Part shown: piece by piece, positions 21,601 through 31,147 of the stretch | Layout: each line of letters opens with the position of its first letter | Position numbering within the stretch: position 1 is the stretch's first letter | Assembly: GCA_032718475.1 (NCBI GenBank) | Contig: JAUCBJ010008493.1 | Coordinates: forward strand, 1-62,580 | DNA from: Nemertoderma westbladi | Taxonomy: Eukaryota > Animalia > Xenacoelomorpha | Direction of reading: 5' to 3' | DNA: 62,580 bases | Position numbers and translations under genes: made by a program | Notes under the pieces: generated by a model | Databases searched by the model: none | Told to the model about the DNA's origin: nothing | The model's input: only the letters and a program-made list of their open reading frames with translations

Positions 21601-23820
21601 AGGGTTCACTATAGGAGTTTCTACGTCGCTAGCAGTATATATGCGTGTAGGCTCCACACCTTGCGCATGAGATACTTCAGACCTAACAGGTTGACACATT
21701 GTTACCGAGGGTGGTGGTATACCTCTTTGTGTATTTACTAATTTATCGCGTTCTAGCGCGATACTTTGCTGCACTTCTTGCAACTCTAGCCTACTTTCCC
21801 TTACTGTGCCCTTGAATTGCTGAACAGTCTCCTGCATCTGCCCGAGCAGGAGATCCATCCCCCGCCGTCTCTCGTCCACCCATTCGACCGCAGAAGCGGG
21901 AGTCGCCAACGTTGTAGCGGGCGGACGAGGGACAACGGGCGACAAATCATGAATATTTCGCTCGGGGTCCAGGACCTGAACTGTCTCATGGGCTGTTCTA
22001 CTGGGCACAGATAGCTTAGTGCTATGCAGAGGGAATTTAGAGGTAGCTTCAGGGAGCACAGGTGTGTCTATCACCGAAGGGGTGATTTCAATAACAGGCC
22101 TAATTATTTCAGGCTCATCTACTATAGTAGGGAGTCTTTCTATTTTAATTATTTGGTCTGTGGGCTCTGTACTACCTAAGTTGGTGTTATTTAGTTGCCT
22201 TCTAACAGCTGGAGGCAAATCAGGCAATTTCTGACGGTGGAATGTTCTTTTACGTCTGCTTAGACGAGATCTATTTCCTTTGCCTTCAGTATCGGTGGTA
22301 TCGCCTTCCTCAGATGATGTATATCCCTGTCTTTTGGGAGTAGATCGATTCATCATCTGCATATTACTAGCTGTTAACTGTTTATTTATGCAGTCTTGAT
22401 TCTCCTGAATGTTTTCCAATTCTAATTGGGTGGTTTCTTCAGTCGCTCTCCGTTCTGCTTCTGCCACTGCCTCTGCCGCCTTTCTTTCAGCTTCGGCCGC
22501 TTTTGCTTCTGCCGCTGCCTCTGCCGCCTTTCTTTCAGCTTCGGCCGCTTTTGCTTCTGCCGCTGCCGCTGCCGATTTTGCCTCTGCCGCTGCCTCTGCC
22601 GCTGCCACTTTTCTTTCTGCTTCTGCAGCTACCACTGCTGCTTTCTTTCTGTCTTCTATACGTTTTTTCTTTACTTGTTCTTCTTGGACTCGTGTCAGGC
22701 GGAGTTGTTCATCAAATTTAGCCTGATTCGCAGCCCTCATTTCCACATCGATGGCATCCAACACACGCTGAGTTCCTTCGCTATTAGGGCTAAGTCCATC
22801 TAACCTTCTCCTCAACTCGTCATCACCTAAAAAACGTTGATAATCTGACAGATAGATGTCAATGGCATCTCTCTTATGCGGTTTCTCTGCCGTCGCTTCA
22901 CTTTCCACTTGGGAAAAAGTAGCGTCTGTTGATTCTCCATGGGTTGAGCGCTCCTCCAGCTGAGCTTTCCACTGAGCTGTTCCTTGAACCTGGCGACTCA
23001 CCCGTTGAAACCAAGTCTTTACGGCAACTTGCAACGACGTGTCTTGTCTTCTTTTAGAAGCCTCTTCAAAGGCTGATAATATTAGCCTGATTCGCAGAAT
23101 TCTTTCTCTAACTTGATAAAGCAGTTGTCCCTGCTCTTGAGGTCCTTGAGGTTGTTGTAACAGTTGTTTTTCTATTCGCTCCATAGAGCTGAAGAATCCC
23201 TGTGCGTATCCGGCTGCGGACCTCTTCCACACAGCTGGATCGATGGTTTCCTTGGCTACTCCCATCCGGTGTATGTCTTCCCAGGCAGCTTCTGATAAAT
23301 CAAACGGGAGTCCGGGTCCGGGGAAGTTCCATTGCGACTCGACAATAGACTTCAGTTCTTCCCTCGTGTATCCCGCATAACTATCTCTAGTTGATCGCTG
23401 ACTTCTCGCCCAATCGATCTGGTGTTCTTCCACCGCAATCAATAACCTAGTGAGTACGGCTGCAGGAAGGATGAGAAGGGGATCCGAATAAACCGCATCC
23501 GTCATCCTTGCTCCGCGCTCGGGTGTCAGTTCTACAGTATCTTCACTACTGGAGCTGTCGGGCCGCTGAGAAATAATTTCTTGGCTCACGGGTTGTTGCT
23601 GTTCCGCTGCTTCTTGGTCCCGCTTGACCTGAGCTCGAGTGCCTATGATAGACCTACGATGTTGGACCAGCCTAGGTTCTGTTATTACTACGGGAGGGAT
23701 GACCTTCCTCACAGTGGGAGGTGAACTGAACTTACGACTAGACGGTTCTACGCCTCTATCTGAGTCGCAGATAGTTACATCTAATAAACTGTCTGACAGG
23801 TTCTGCTTAGTATCAGACAT
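15694..23820 (-). CDS. Bel/Pao gag-pol polyprotein (2708 aa)
   Basis: In order: DUF1759-like KFNGDEMKW, triple zinc knuckle (CALC..H..C, CYNC..H..C, CAKC..HH), protease ALLDSGS, RT VRVVFDGS/DIEGMFLQ/YMDD, RNase H HVFGDAS/PRAELKAA, integrase H..H..CIPC, DLFGP, SDKGTNF, WERLIRSVK, DUF5641-like tail. Confidence 0.97.
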   Translation of the reverse strand: MSDTKQNLSDSLLDVTICDSDRGVEPSSRKFSSPPTVRKVIPPVVITEPRLVQHRRSIIGTRAQVKRDQEAAEQQQPVSQEIISQRPDSSSSEDTVELTPERGARMTDAVYSDPLLILPAAVLTRLLIAVEEHQIDWARSQRSTRDSYAGYTREELKSIVESQWNFPGPGLPFDLSEAAWEDIHRMGVAKETIDPAVWKRSAAGYAQGFFSSMERIEKQLLQQPQGPQEQGQLLYQVRERILRIRLILSAFEEASKRRQDTSLQVAVKTWFQRVSRQVQGTAQWKAQLEERSTHGESTDATFSQVESEATAEKPHKRDAIDIYLSDYQRFLGDDELRRRLDGLSPNSEGTQRVLDAIDVEMRAANQAKFDEQLRLTRVQEEQVKKKRIEDRKKAAVVAAEAERKVAAAEAAAEAKSAAAAAEAKAAEAERKAAEAAAEAKAAEAERKAAEAVAEAERRATEETTQLELENIQENQDCINKQLTASNMQMMNRSTPKRQGYTSSEEGDTTDTEGKGNRSRLSRRKRTFHRQKLPDLPPAVRRQLNNTNLGSTEPTDQIIKIERLPTIVDEPEIIRPVIEITPSVIDTPVLPEATSKFPLHSTKLSVPSRTAHETVQVLDPERNIHDLSPVVPRPPATTLATPASAVEWVDERRRGMDLLLGQMQETVQQFKGTVRESRLELQEVQQSIALERDKLVNTQRGIPPPSVTMCQPVRSEVSHAQGVEPTRIYTASDVETPIVNPIKGNYRPVDNDIPYRPDHNPRNLYTDNSILNNTMAQESFTRQMARTEARQAVKVGEIVKFNGDEMKWLPFNEYYKDNIQNSVLSNGEKLRFLIECLEGSPKLMALKFIGHPDGLRQVWDTLNIRYGNRNNIAGYLYAKLVAPRKFISNGIIEFSDEIQEICRQLDWLGKSHEYQSAMVIRAVASTLPKGGVGTRWDKKVLYMMEQQQRDPTMTDLMTFLDGEVKLQLIKQSREKTSENKVSEKPVPRRKVTPVCYTDDGESQASQGEDSGKDTERSYYVNKTPNEQGSKFKSRSNDKREQVRKTPPTSPKRIQVRKPEERTRVHTVTQNKVSNIKPKCALCDGTHRLNMCDEFLKKSLTERREVMWDKRLCYNCLRQGHQRRTCYSDIRCAKCGAKHHILLHAEFDRNSPNQVSDSELHVQFSDVNDTDQSEMEGFYTDEFSDENESCYMINTAVYRALTYEKDTDSDFTLTTSDRQPSWKAPTSDVGIREFPVVQLRVHGPQKSYIVNALLDSGSTGTFIDKELAEDIFAGQPKFRTKLNMSGIMQVWKSTITADYYVGALSTPQDELGEHSIRSVKMVAIKNFATTQADLYNWDEDESIQHLNIPRFQTDYPGVQILIGQNAHEALETLEKRPAQPQPLQTYAVRTRVGWYFTGPSRRTLRERLPQELVCQVSEWEDDTSEGDDLTEGTPYSSDNDDVHQLFDEENTIDLLKENEAWQNQVNLCQLLYPSEREAYNDELNDVIECCNAKTRDEHAVRFFTQEAVEPNSYDKALSVEEERAKQIQETTTRFLKDQGRYEVGLPFRKREPKFINNRPLAEKRIAQLHRRLTANSSAKEMYQTQLEKFISKGYAERVPEETPVTERTYYLTHHYVPKPGKPHEVRVVFDGSALYMGQSLNSELLPGPNLLQSLLGILLRLRQYSIAFASDIEGMFLQVKVLDRDRDSLRFLWWPEGDLNQKPVEYWMTIQAFGIISSPSNACSVVRTTAEDNREAFSKEVIDNIKRDIYMDDNLKSLPSVEEAIEVAKGTVECLKRGGFRLTKFTSNSREFLESIPAKDRGAKDLDLIKDDLPETKTLGLKWDTERDILFFQLKQRDNPVRTKRICLSILSTYFDPLGFISPVILIARSLVQQMWLENHSWDDPLKGELLKKWMKWEDSLPAIEDFIISRSYFGHVLPTYSYQLHVFGDASDMGIGIVAYLRVETPDGIKVALVTSKALINNKLKVPRAELKAALYATAIGRNVTEQIDYPLEKTVYWTDALLVLEYITNEVCQFSVFVTNRVAIILSRMTMDQWRHCPRTINPADFASRGATPKELVNTPEWLGGPDFLYREEEEWPPHLTTAEIRQAKGVEKVKPKTRASKSKLFKPAVDLSVLFTSGEDALDQKPTATTKEVLEIRDKDWKSGIPDIAQGLSPLLQRAIRHYSSWNRLCKAVTYLKRCFHHRYSGTKTNSDDASSTSARVHVVKDLPKYKISDRFLKEKISYQEHDETNKQMLRLLQCYEDPDKYFLLLRNPQMRLRDRFSSTMIDGLIRVGGRLTNAPLSFDTKFPILIRNLDIQIKMIVDVHSKLYHAGRERVLSEIRTRFYFYKPRRALNQVLRNCIPCRKAFSRPLTQREAKLPRERVSFYEPPFTNTSVDLFGPIEVYRARTIVKRWCVIFVCMTCRAIHLDMVNDLSTNSFVLSLRRQIARFGTSNTMRSDKGTNFIGANNEIQAYVKDWNKRQVDDQLKITASSWTFNAADAPWWGGSWERLIRSVKTAFHFIVPCRAYLTDELLRTLMEEIAAYLNERPLMPVSSSPDSLEALTPAHFLLKKPVAMLPRSEITDGDEYCRRTWQLMQLLSRRFADHFEKHYLPTLQLRTKWFAQQENVSSGDMVLIVDPDLPRKRWQTGRIIETHISSDGLVRSVELVVMRRNFKKPEIVFETQQLNRPVGRLCLPERDRELSGNYGRQETLPTTTSLIQPTSRDSPT

Positions 23821-23949
23821 GTTTATGTGTACAGTTGAATGTCTACTGCTGTATTACAGTCTGAGCAAGTCTAGTAACTCAGTATTAACTGCTAGCCTAG
23901 TAATTAATTACCGATACTGCTACTCAGTGTAGTGCGATATATATAATAT

Positions 23950-24205
23950 ATTAGAATACCGGTATGCTTATAGTATATAACTATATAAGTATTATTACAT
24001 ACTAGGTTTATCACAGAATACCGGTATAATTTTAGCACAAATATATATAAATATATAATAGGCCTATCGGGAATACCGGTATACAGCTTACAGCTTGTAG
24101 TATATATAATTCTGGACTAGAATTAATTACAAGTACCGGTATAGTTTCAGCCTAAATTTATAGAAATAAAGATAATAGGCCTATTGTAAATACCGGTATA
24201 TCAAT
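23950..24205. repeat. Five degenerate ~55-62-bp units each containing palindromic TACCGGTA
   Basis: taccggta at about 23958, 24019, 24074, 24134 and 24191 in the element leader; related taccgg motifs again at 25835-26020. Confidence 0.7.
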
Positions 24206-25130
24206 TATTTTAAATAATTGAATTTCTAAACTTTAGGGTTACTTGGTTACTTTACTTACTTTATTACCGTTATTTGAGCAGTAATCCAACTGATATTGAG
24301 ACCTAATGGTTGTATGGTAGGCCTACTATTTATAAATCGTTAGATTTGATTTATAATATATATATACCCGTTTTAATGGGTTTTGTCGATGTTTGAAATA
24401 AATGTTATTATTTCTGGGGAGTAATCACTACACAAAGCGGTGCGCTTTCAGTGAAGTGTTACTTATAGGACACTAAAACAAATAATACTAATTTACCTAA
24501 GTTACTTAATACTACAAATTACTTACAATTCGGGTGAGATTACAATCTCTAAATAAACACAAAAATTTACAAAAAACACAAAATACGAATTTTCAGGGTA
24601 ATTTTACAAGAAGTCTACAAACCAGCCTAACAAAGGGTTAGAATCTGGTTATTACAACGGACAGGGTACTGCGGTATTTGAAAATAATACGTAGTAGTAA
24701 ATACACTGCGTTGTCCAGATAGGAAAATACCACCGCCTGACGACCTATAGCCGTATCGCTATAGGTACTACGTTATGTATCACGGAGTGTTCCTACCTAG
24801 AAGTTAATAGAGCTAATCGAACGTGCCTATCAACCACTTTACAATACAAATATAATGTCTACACTAATTACTTTCGGAAAGCACTGTACACTAAACCCTA
24901 AATTAGGTACGAGTACTTGTACAACATATAATCAGTAGTTAAATATACTTGAACAGCTAAAAGAACCACGGCATCTGCTGGAGTGACCGGTGCACAAAAT
25001 CACCAGTCTTTACCTACGCCAAGCAGCCCGTGTAGTACCGGGGTTAATTTAACTATAACGGTATGTATAACAAACACAATTATTGTAGGAACAAACTTGG
25101 GGAATGAATGTTGCGAATAATCGCATAAAC

Positions 25131-25711
25131 TCTGAATAATAAATATTACGCTACGCGTACAAACCACTCAAACAAAATGCAGACCAAATACTGACAGACT
25201 ACTATCAAGCCTAAATAAACTACAGGACATGCAGACTCCGAAATAGTTAGGTAGTATGCGTTCTAACCCAGTAGTACGACTTATTCTTTAGGTGGGGGTT
25301 TACCTTACAGCTTTGGCTGCCCCTACTTCCTAACCGTTCTTTATCGGACAGAGGCTCTACACACACTGCAATCCGTTCAGACCTAATAACAGCCAGACAA
25401 CTATCCAGCCTACAAATTATCTAAATAAATATTATACGCTACCTGTACAGACTACACAAACAAAGTACAGACTAAACGATGGCAGACTACTCTCAAGCCT
25501 AAATAAACTACAGGACATGCAGACTCCGAAATGATTAGGTAGTATGCGTTCTAATCCAGTAGAACGACTTATTCTTTAGTTGGGGGTTTACCTTACAGCT
25601 TTGGCTGCCCCTACTTCCTAACCGTTCTTTATCGGACAGGTGATCTACACACACTGCAATCCGTTCAGACTTAACAGCAATCAGACAACAGCCCAGCCTA
25701 CAGATTGTCTG
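25131..25711. repeat. Tandem duplication, ~288-bp period, in the element leader
   Basis: cagactact..caagcctaaataaactacaggacatgcagactccgaaat starts at 25195 and again at 25483, with high identity over ~225 bp. Confidence 0.9.
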
Positions 25712-26063
25712 TACAATATGATCAGGCTTACACGCCTTCTGTTCAATACTGGCCTACAAACAAATAAAACTGACAGAAATAAGTAAGCTCCAAAAGAAAC
25801 AAGGGGTGTACAGTCCCTAATCTCTTAAACAGCCTACCGGTATACAATAATCAAATCGAATAATACTAATGTACTTATACGGGAAGTACCGGTTAGGACA
25901 GTTAGGCCTACGGACCTACAGAAGTACCGGTTCTGGCAGTTGGACCTACGGACCTACGGCAGTACCGGTTCTGGCAGTTGGGCCTACTGACCTACAGATG
26001 TACCGTTCAGGTTTACCGGTTGACTGGTACTTTCAACTTTATTGCTTACTGCAATAAAGAAAC

Positions 26064-26075
26064 TATATCCGTTAT
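26064..26075 (-). promoter_or_regulatory. Primer-binding-site position; non-tRNA-like, complementary to LTR 26807-26818
   Basis: Sense sequence after the 5' LTR is ATAACGGATATA, with no TGG in the next ~70 nt. The LTR sense strand contains TATATCCGTTAT. Confidence 0.55.
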
Positions 26076-27279
26076 TGTTCGCGCTTTCAGACCTTTGGCA
26101 GTTTAACCCGCCAAATTAGGATGTCTTTTAGATAATAAATCACTTTTAGCCTCTGACAAGTATTTGATTCACTACACTAGTCGAAACCAATCGGTGCGCG
26201 ATCATTCACCCGCTGGATATACCCGGGAGATTGGGTTCGACGGCTTAATCTTATTGCTATGTAAGCCTAATGTATTATTCGACTGACAGTATTATATAAT
26301 CTCTGACAATATTATTCACCTTCGGGGAATATTAACAGTTCCTTTAGGACGTGGCGCTCTATCTATAAACAGAGTTATGACTTAAACTACTCACAACGAT
26401 ATGGCTTAGTTACAATTCACATATATGGCGCATTCTTTAGGAAATGCTTCGTTATCAGTCTCACTCATACACAATGCTGCACAATACTGCACACTGATCT
26501 GCCGATCTTCACTGATTTTAGTCACATATAAAAGGAACACGGACCGAATCATGTAGGGTCTATCAAATAACATTAGATTCACTTCAAACCACTTTAACAT
26601 AAGTCATAATCGTTATATGTAACCTTTCTCTCTTACTTTCGGTATATCAAGAATATTGGGTTTTCGGGGTTATTTATCGTTATTCCAAATATAATAATTC
26701 ATCAACAAATATAATGAATAACCGACAGCAAAGCAGTAATGTTAAGTAAGATAAATGCAATGAGATAACCAGTGAGATATTAAGTCAGTGAGTTGAGTCC
26801 AGTTTGATAACGGATATATGTCCTTATAATTAAGCCTACTAGTGTTAGGCTAAAAGCAGAAAAGCACAAAATATTGCAAAGCCGTTCTTTCCTGGCTCAG
26901 GACAAAATGTAAACACTGCCCATAACGCATTGCGTGATTTCTAGGAAATTTCTGTACAAGAGCCATAAAAATGCTCTGATTGGCTGACTGAACTAAGAGA
27001 CGCCGTAGAACAAAGAAAATCGACACATGAATATCAGCTGTTAACCGTCGTCATAGTAACTACTGTTCAAGAGTAGCTATCACCTTTTGCGTCACGGAAT
27101 TGCCATAGAATCATCAACTATGCCTTCCACAGTACACATACGGAGGAAATAGCTCTTAGATCCTCTAAAAAACACCGATACAGTAATAATACGGTCTCTT
27201 ACACCTATTAAATCAACTACAGAGTATTTTAATGTAAAAATAATAAAAATAACGGGGCAATTCAGCAAAGGCTTTTACA
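26076..27279 (-). repeat. 5' LTR (1204 bp)
   Basis: Direct repeat of 9760-10965; followed by TSD ATAGT. Confidence 0.97.
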
Positions 27280-27644
27280 ATAGTACTGATTTTACTGCTA
27301 TTAACTCCTTTTTTACTCATACAGAGTGTAAATAAAATAAAAAAAATAATTAAATTTGAGAAAATTCCATAAAAAATTATCGGTGAAATCAACGTTTTCA
27401 CACTTCTTCAACGACGAAATAAAAATAAGCTTTTTTTTCATAAGTTTTCCTGTCGTTTCACGATGCTACTTTAAAAAATAATATAGGCCTACATCATTAA
27501 TTAACAGTTGCATTAACAGCTCATCTCCAATTTATTTAATTGAAAAATAATAAAACTAGGCCTTACAAATTGTCGAAAGGTTCATTACCGTGTTCTGAAC
27601 CTGCTATTTTAATTTTCGATCACTCATGTTTTCCTTCACTCTAC

Positions 27645-30223
27645 ACCACTCCCCGATCAGACCATTCCCCGATCTGACAACACCCCGATCAGACGACACC
27701 ACGATCAGACCACACCCCGATAGGACACACACCGATCAGACAACACCCCGATCAGACAACACACCGATCAGACCACACCCAGATCAGACAACACCCAGAT
27801 CAGACCACACCCTGACCAGACCACACCCCGATCAGACAACACATCGATCAGACCACACCCAGATCAGACCACACCCAGATCAGACAACACCCAGATCAGA
27901 CCACACCCGGATCAGACCACACCCCGGTCAGACCACACCCCGGTCCGACAAAACACCGTTCAGACGACACCCAGATCAGACAACACACCGATAAGACCAC
28001 ACCCAGATCAGACCACACCCTGATCAGACCACACCCCGATCAGACCACACCCTGATCAGACCACACCCCGATCAGACCATACCCAGATAAGACAACACAC
28101 CGATCAGACCACACCCAGATCAGACCACACCCAGATCAGACAACACACCGATCAGACCAGACCCAGATCAGACCACACCCAGATCAGACCACACCCAGAT
28201 CAGACCACACCCAGATCAGACCACACCCTGATCAGACCACATCCCGATCAGACCATACCCAGATTAGACAACACACCGATCAGACCACACCCAGATCAGA
28301 CAACACACCGATCAGACCACACACAGATCAGACCACACTCAGATCAGACCACACCCTGATCAGAAAACACCCCGATCAGACCACACCCTGATTAGACCAC
28401 ACCCCGATCAGACCATACCCAGATCAGACAACACACCGATCAGACCACACCCAGATCAGACAACACACCTATCAGACCACACCCAGATCAGACAACACAC
28501 CGATCAGACCACACCCAGATCACACCACACCCTGATCAGACGACACCCCGATCAGACCACACCAAGATCAGACAACACACCGATCAGACCACACCCAGAT
28601 CAGACCACACCCAGATCAGACCACACCCTGATCAGACCACACCAAGATCAGACAACACACCGATCAGACCACACCCAGATCAGACCACACCCAGATCAGA
28701 CCACACCCTGATCAGACCACACCCCTATCAGACCACACCCCGAGCAGTCCACACCAAGATCAGACAACACACCGATTAGACCACACCCAGATCAGACCAC
28801 ACCCAGATCAGACCACACCCTGATCAGACCACACCCCTATCAGACCACACCCTGATCAGACGACACCCCGATCAGACCACACCAAGATCAGACAACACAC
28901 CGATCAGACCACACCCAGATCAGACCACACCCAGATCAGACCACACCCTGATCAGACCACACCAAGATCAGACAACACACCGATCAGACCACACCCAGAT
29001 CAGACCACACCCAGATCAGACCACACCCTGATCAGACCACACCCCTATCAGACCACACCCCGAGCAGTCCACACCAAGATCAGACCACACCCTGATCAGA
29101 CCACGCCCAGATCAGACCACACCCAGATCAGACCACACCCTGATCAGACCACACCCCTATCAGACCACACCCTGATCAGACGACACCCCGATCAGACCAC
29201 ACCAAGATCAGACAACACACCGATCAGACCACACCCAGATCAGACCACACCCAGATCAGACCACACCCTGATCAGACCACACCAAGATCAGACAACACAC
29301 CGATCAGACCACACCCAGATCAGACCACACCCTGATCAGACCACACCCCTATCAGACCACACCCTGATCAGACGACACCCCGATCAGACCACACCAAGAT
29401 CAGACAACACACCGATCAGACCACACCCTGATCAGACCACGCCCAGATCAGACCACACCCTGATCAGACCACACCCTGATCAGACCACGCCCAGATCAGA
29501 CCACACCCTGATCAGACCACGCCCAGATCAGACCACACCCTGATCAGACCACACCCTGATGAGACCACACCCCCATCAGACCACACCCTGATCAGACCAC
29601 ACCCCGATCAGACCACACCAAGATCAGACAACACACCGATCAGACCACACCCCTATCAGACCACACCCAGATCAGACCACACCCTGATCAGACCACACCC
29701 TGATCAGACCACGCCCAGATCAGACCACACCCTGATCAGACCACACCCTGATCAGACCACGCCCAGATCAGACCACACCCAGATCAGACCACACCCTGAT
29801 CAGACCACACCCAGATCAGACCACACCCTGATCAGACCACACCCCTATCAGACCACACCCTGATCAGACGACACCCCGATCAGACCACACCAAGATCAGA
29901 CAACACACCGATCAGACCACACCCTGATCAGACCACGCCCAGATCAGACCACACCCTGATCAGACCACACCCTGATCAGACCACGCCCAGATCAGACCAC
30001 ACCCTGATCAGACCACGCCCAGATCAGACCACACCCTGATCAGACCACACCCTGATGAGACCACACCCCCATCAGACCACACCCTGATCAGACCACACCC
30101 CGATCAGACCACACCAAGATCAGACAACACACCGATCAGACCACACCCCTATCAGACCACACCCAGATCAGACCACACCCTGATCAGACCACACCCTGAT
30201 CAGACCACGCCCTGATCTGCACC
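27645..30223. repeat. 16-bp tandem satellite, consensus GATCAGACCACACCC(A/T/C)
   Basis: Continuous array of roughly 160 units, with variant patterns recurring in larger blocks. Confidence 0.97.
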
Positions 30224-31147
30224 ATATAAAGCGCTTCTTTACACTGAAGTATGTACATATTGCATTATGTAGCTATTGGTAAACCAGGGTAATATATTTT
30301 GTATTTGTCTTTATAAACATTTATATTAATAATATTAAATTGACTACCAGTATATTATACATGAAGGTAGAAGTAAAGGGCTTTGTGAGTAAACAAATGA
30401 AAAATATCACAAATACCTTTAAACAATGACCTTTGAATTATTACATACAGTAAGTTAGGTCATCTAAAGTATGTCCTTTTGGTCTAAAGTCCATCTTTAG
30501 ATTGGGATATCTTGTTTATTAAAGGATAATGAAACAATTTCTTATGAATTTGTTATGCCAAGATGAATTACCAAGCATTAGTTCAGATATAATATAAGTA
30601 CAGTAAGTACCACCTACAGTAGGTTGATAGAGTTGATGTCACACATAACAAACCCAGCTAATATTGTAATGCAATTAATTATTAGTATTAATAGTTATTG
30701 TAATAAGTTGTTGGATGCCAACTATCTATTATTTTAGGTATTTTAAGTTAGAGTTTCAATATTCATATTAATTCCTATAATCTTATAAGGCTAGAATTTA
30801 AATCCGTACCAAATAAAATATGTTTCCACACTTAAAACTTTCATCAACTAACTACTCCAAAATCAAACTCCGAAGTACAGTATTAAATTTTGTGATGGAA
30901 GTATTAAATTTGGTAAGCTTATACTGTAGTAAGCTAGAGTATTATTGTAAATCTTATGCTGGCAAAATATTGTAAATTATAATTATGTTGTGGTGTGAAC
31001 GTCCAAATGAATGGTGGTGAAATTATGGTGTAATGGTGCTGCTCACCAGAAATTAAAGGTTTTGCAAAAAACTATAGTAGGAAATTAAATTAGTGTAATG
31101 CCACATATGTTAGTCATTATCCCCTGTAAACTTTCCGATGAATAATT

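Larger units (their letters stand above)
9760..27279 (-). mobile_element. Full-length Bel/Pao LTR retrotransposon, 17,520 bp, recently inserted
   Basis: Two near-identical TG...CA LTRs; 5-bp TSD ATAGT (9755-9759 and 27280-27284); intact 2708-aa gag-pol; polypurine tract next to the left LTR. Confidence 0.97.

Noticed and set aside
16475-23932. Short ORFs antisense or out of frame within gag-pol
   Set aside because: Shadow frames of a long coding sequence, without independent motifs.
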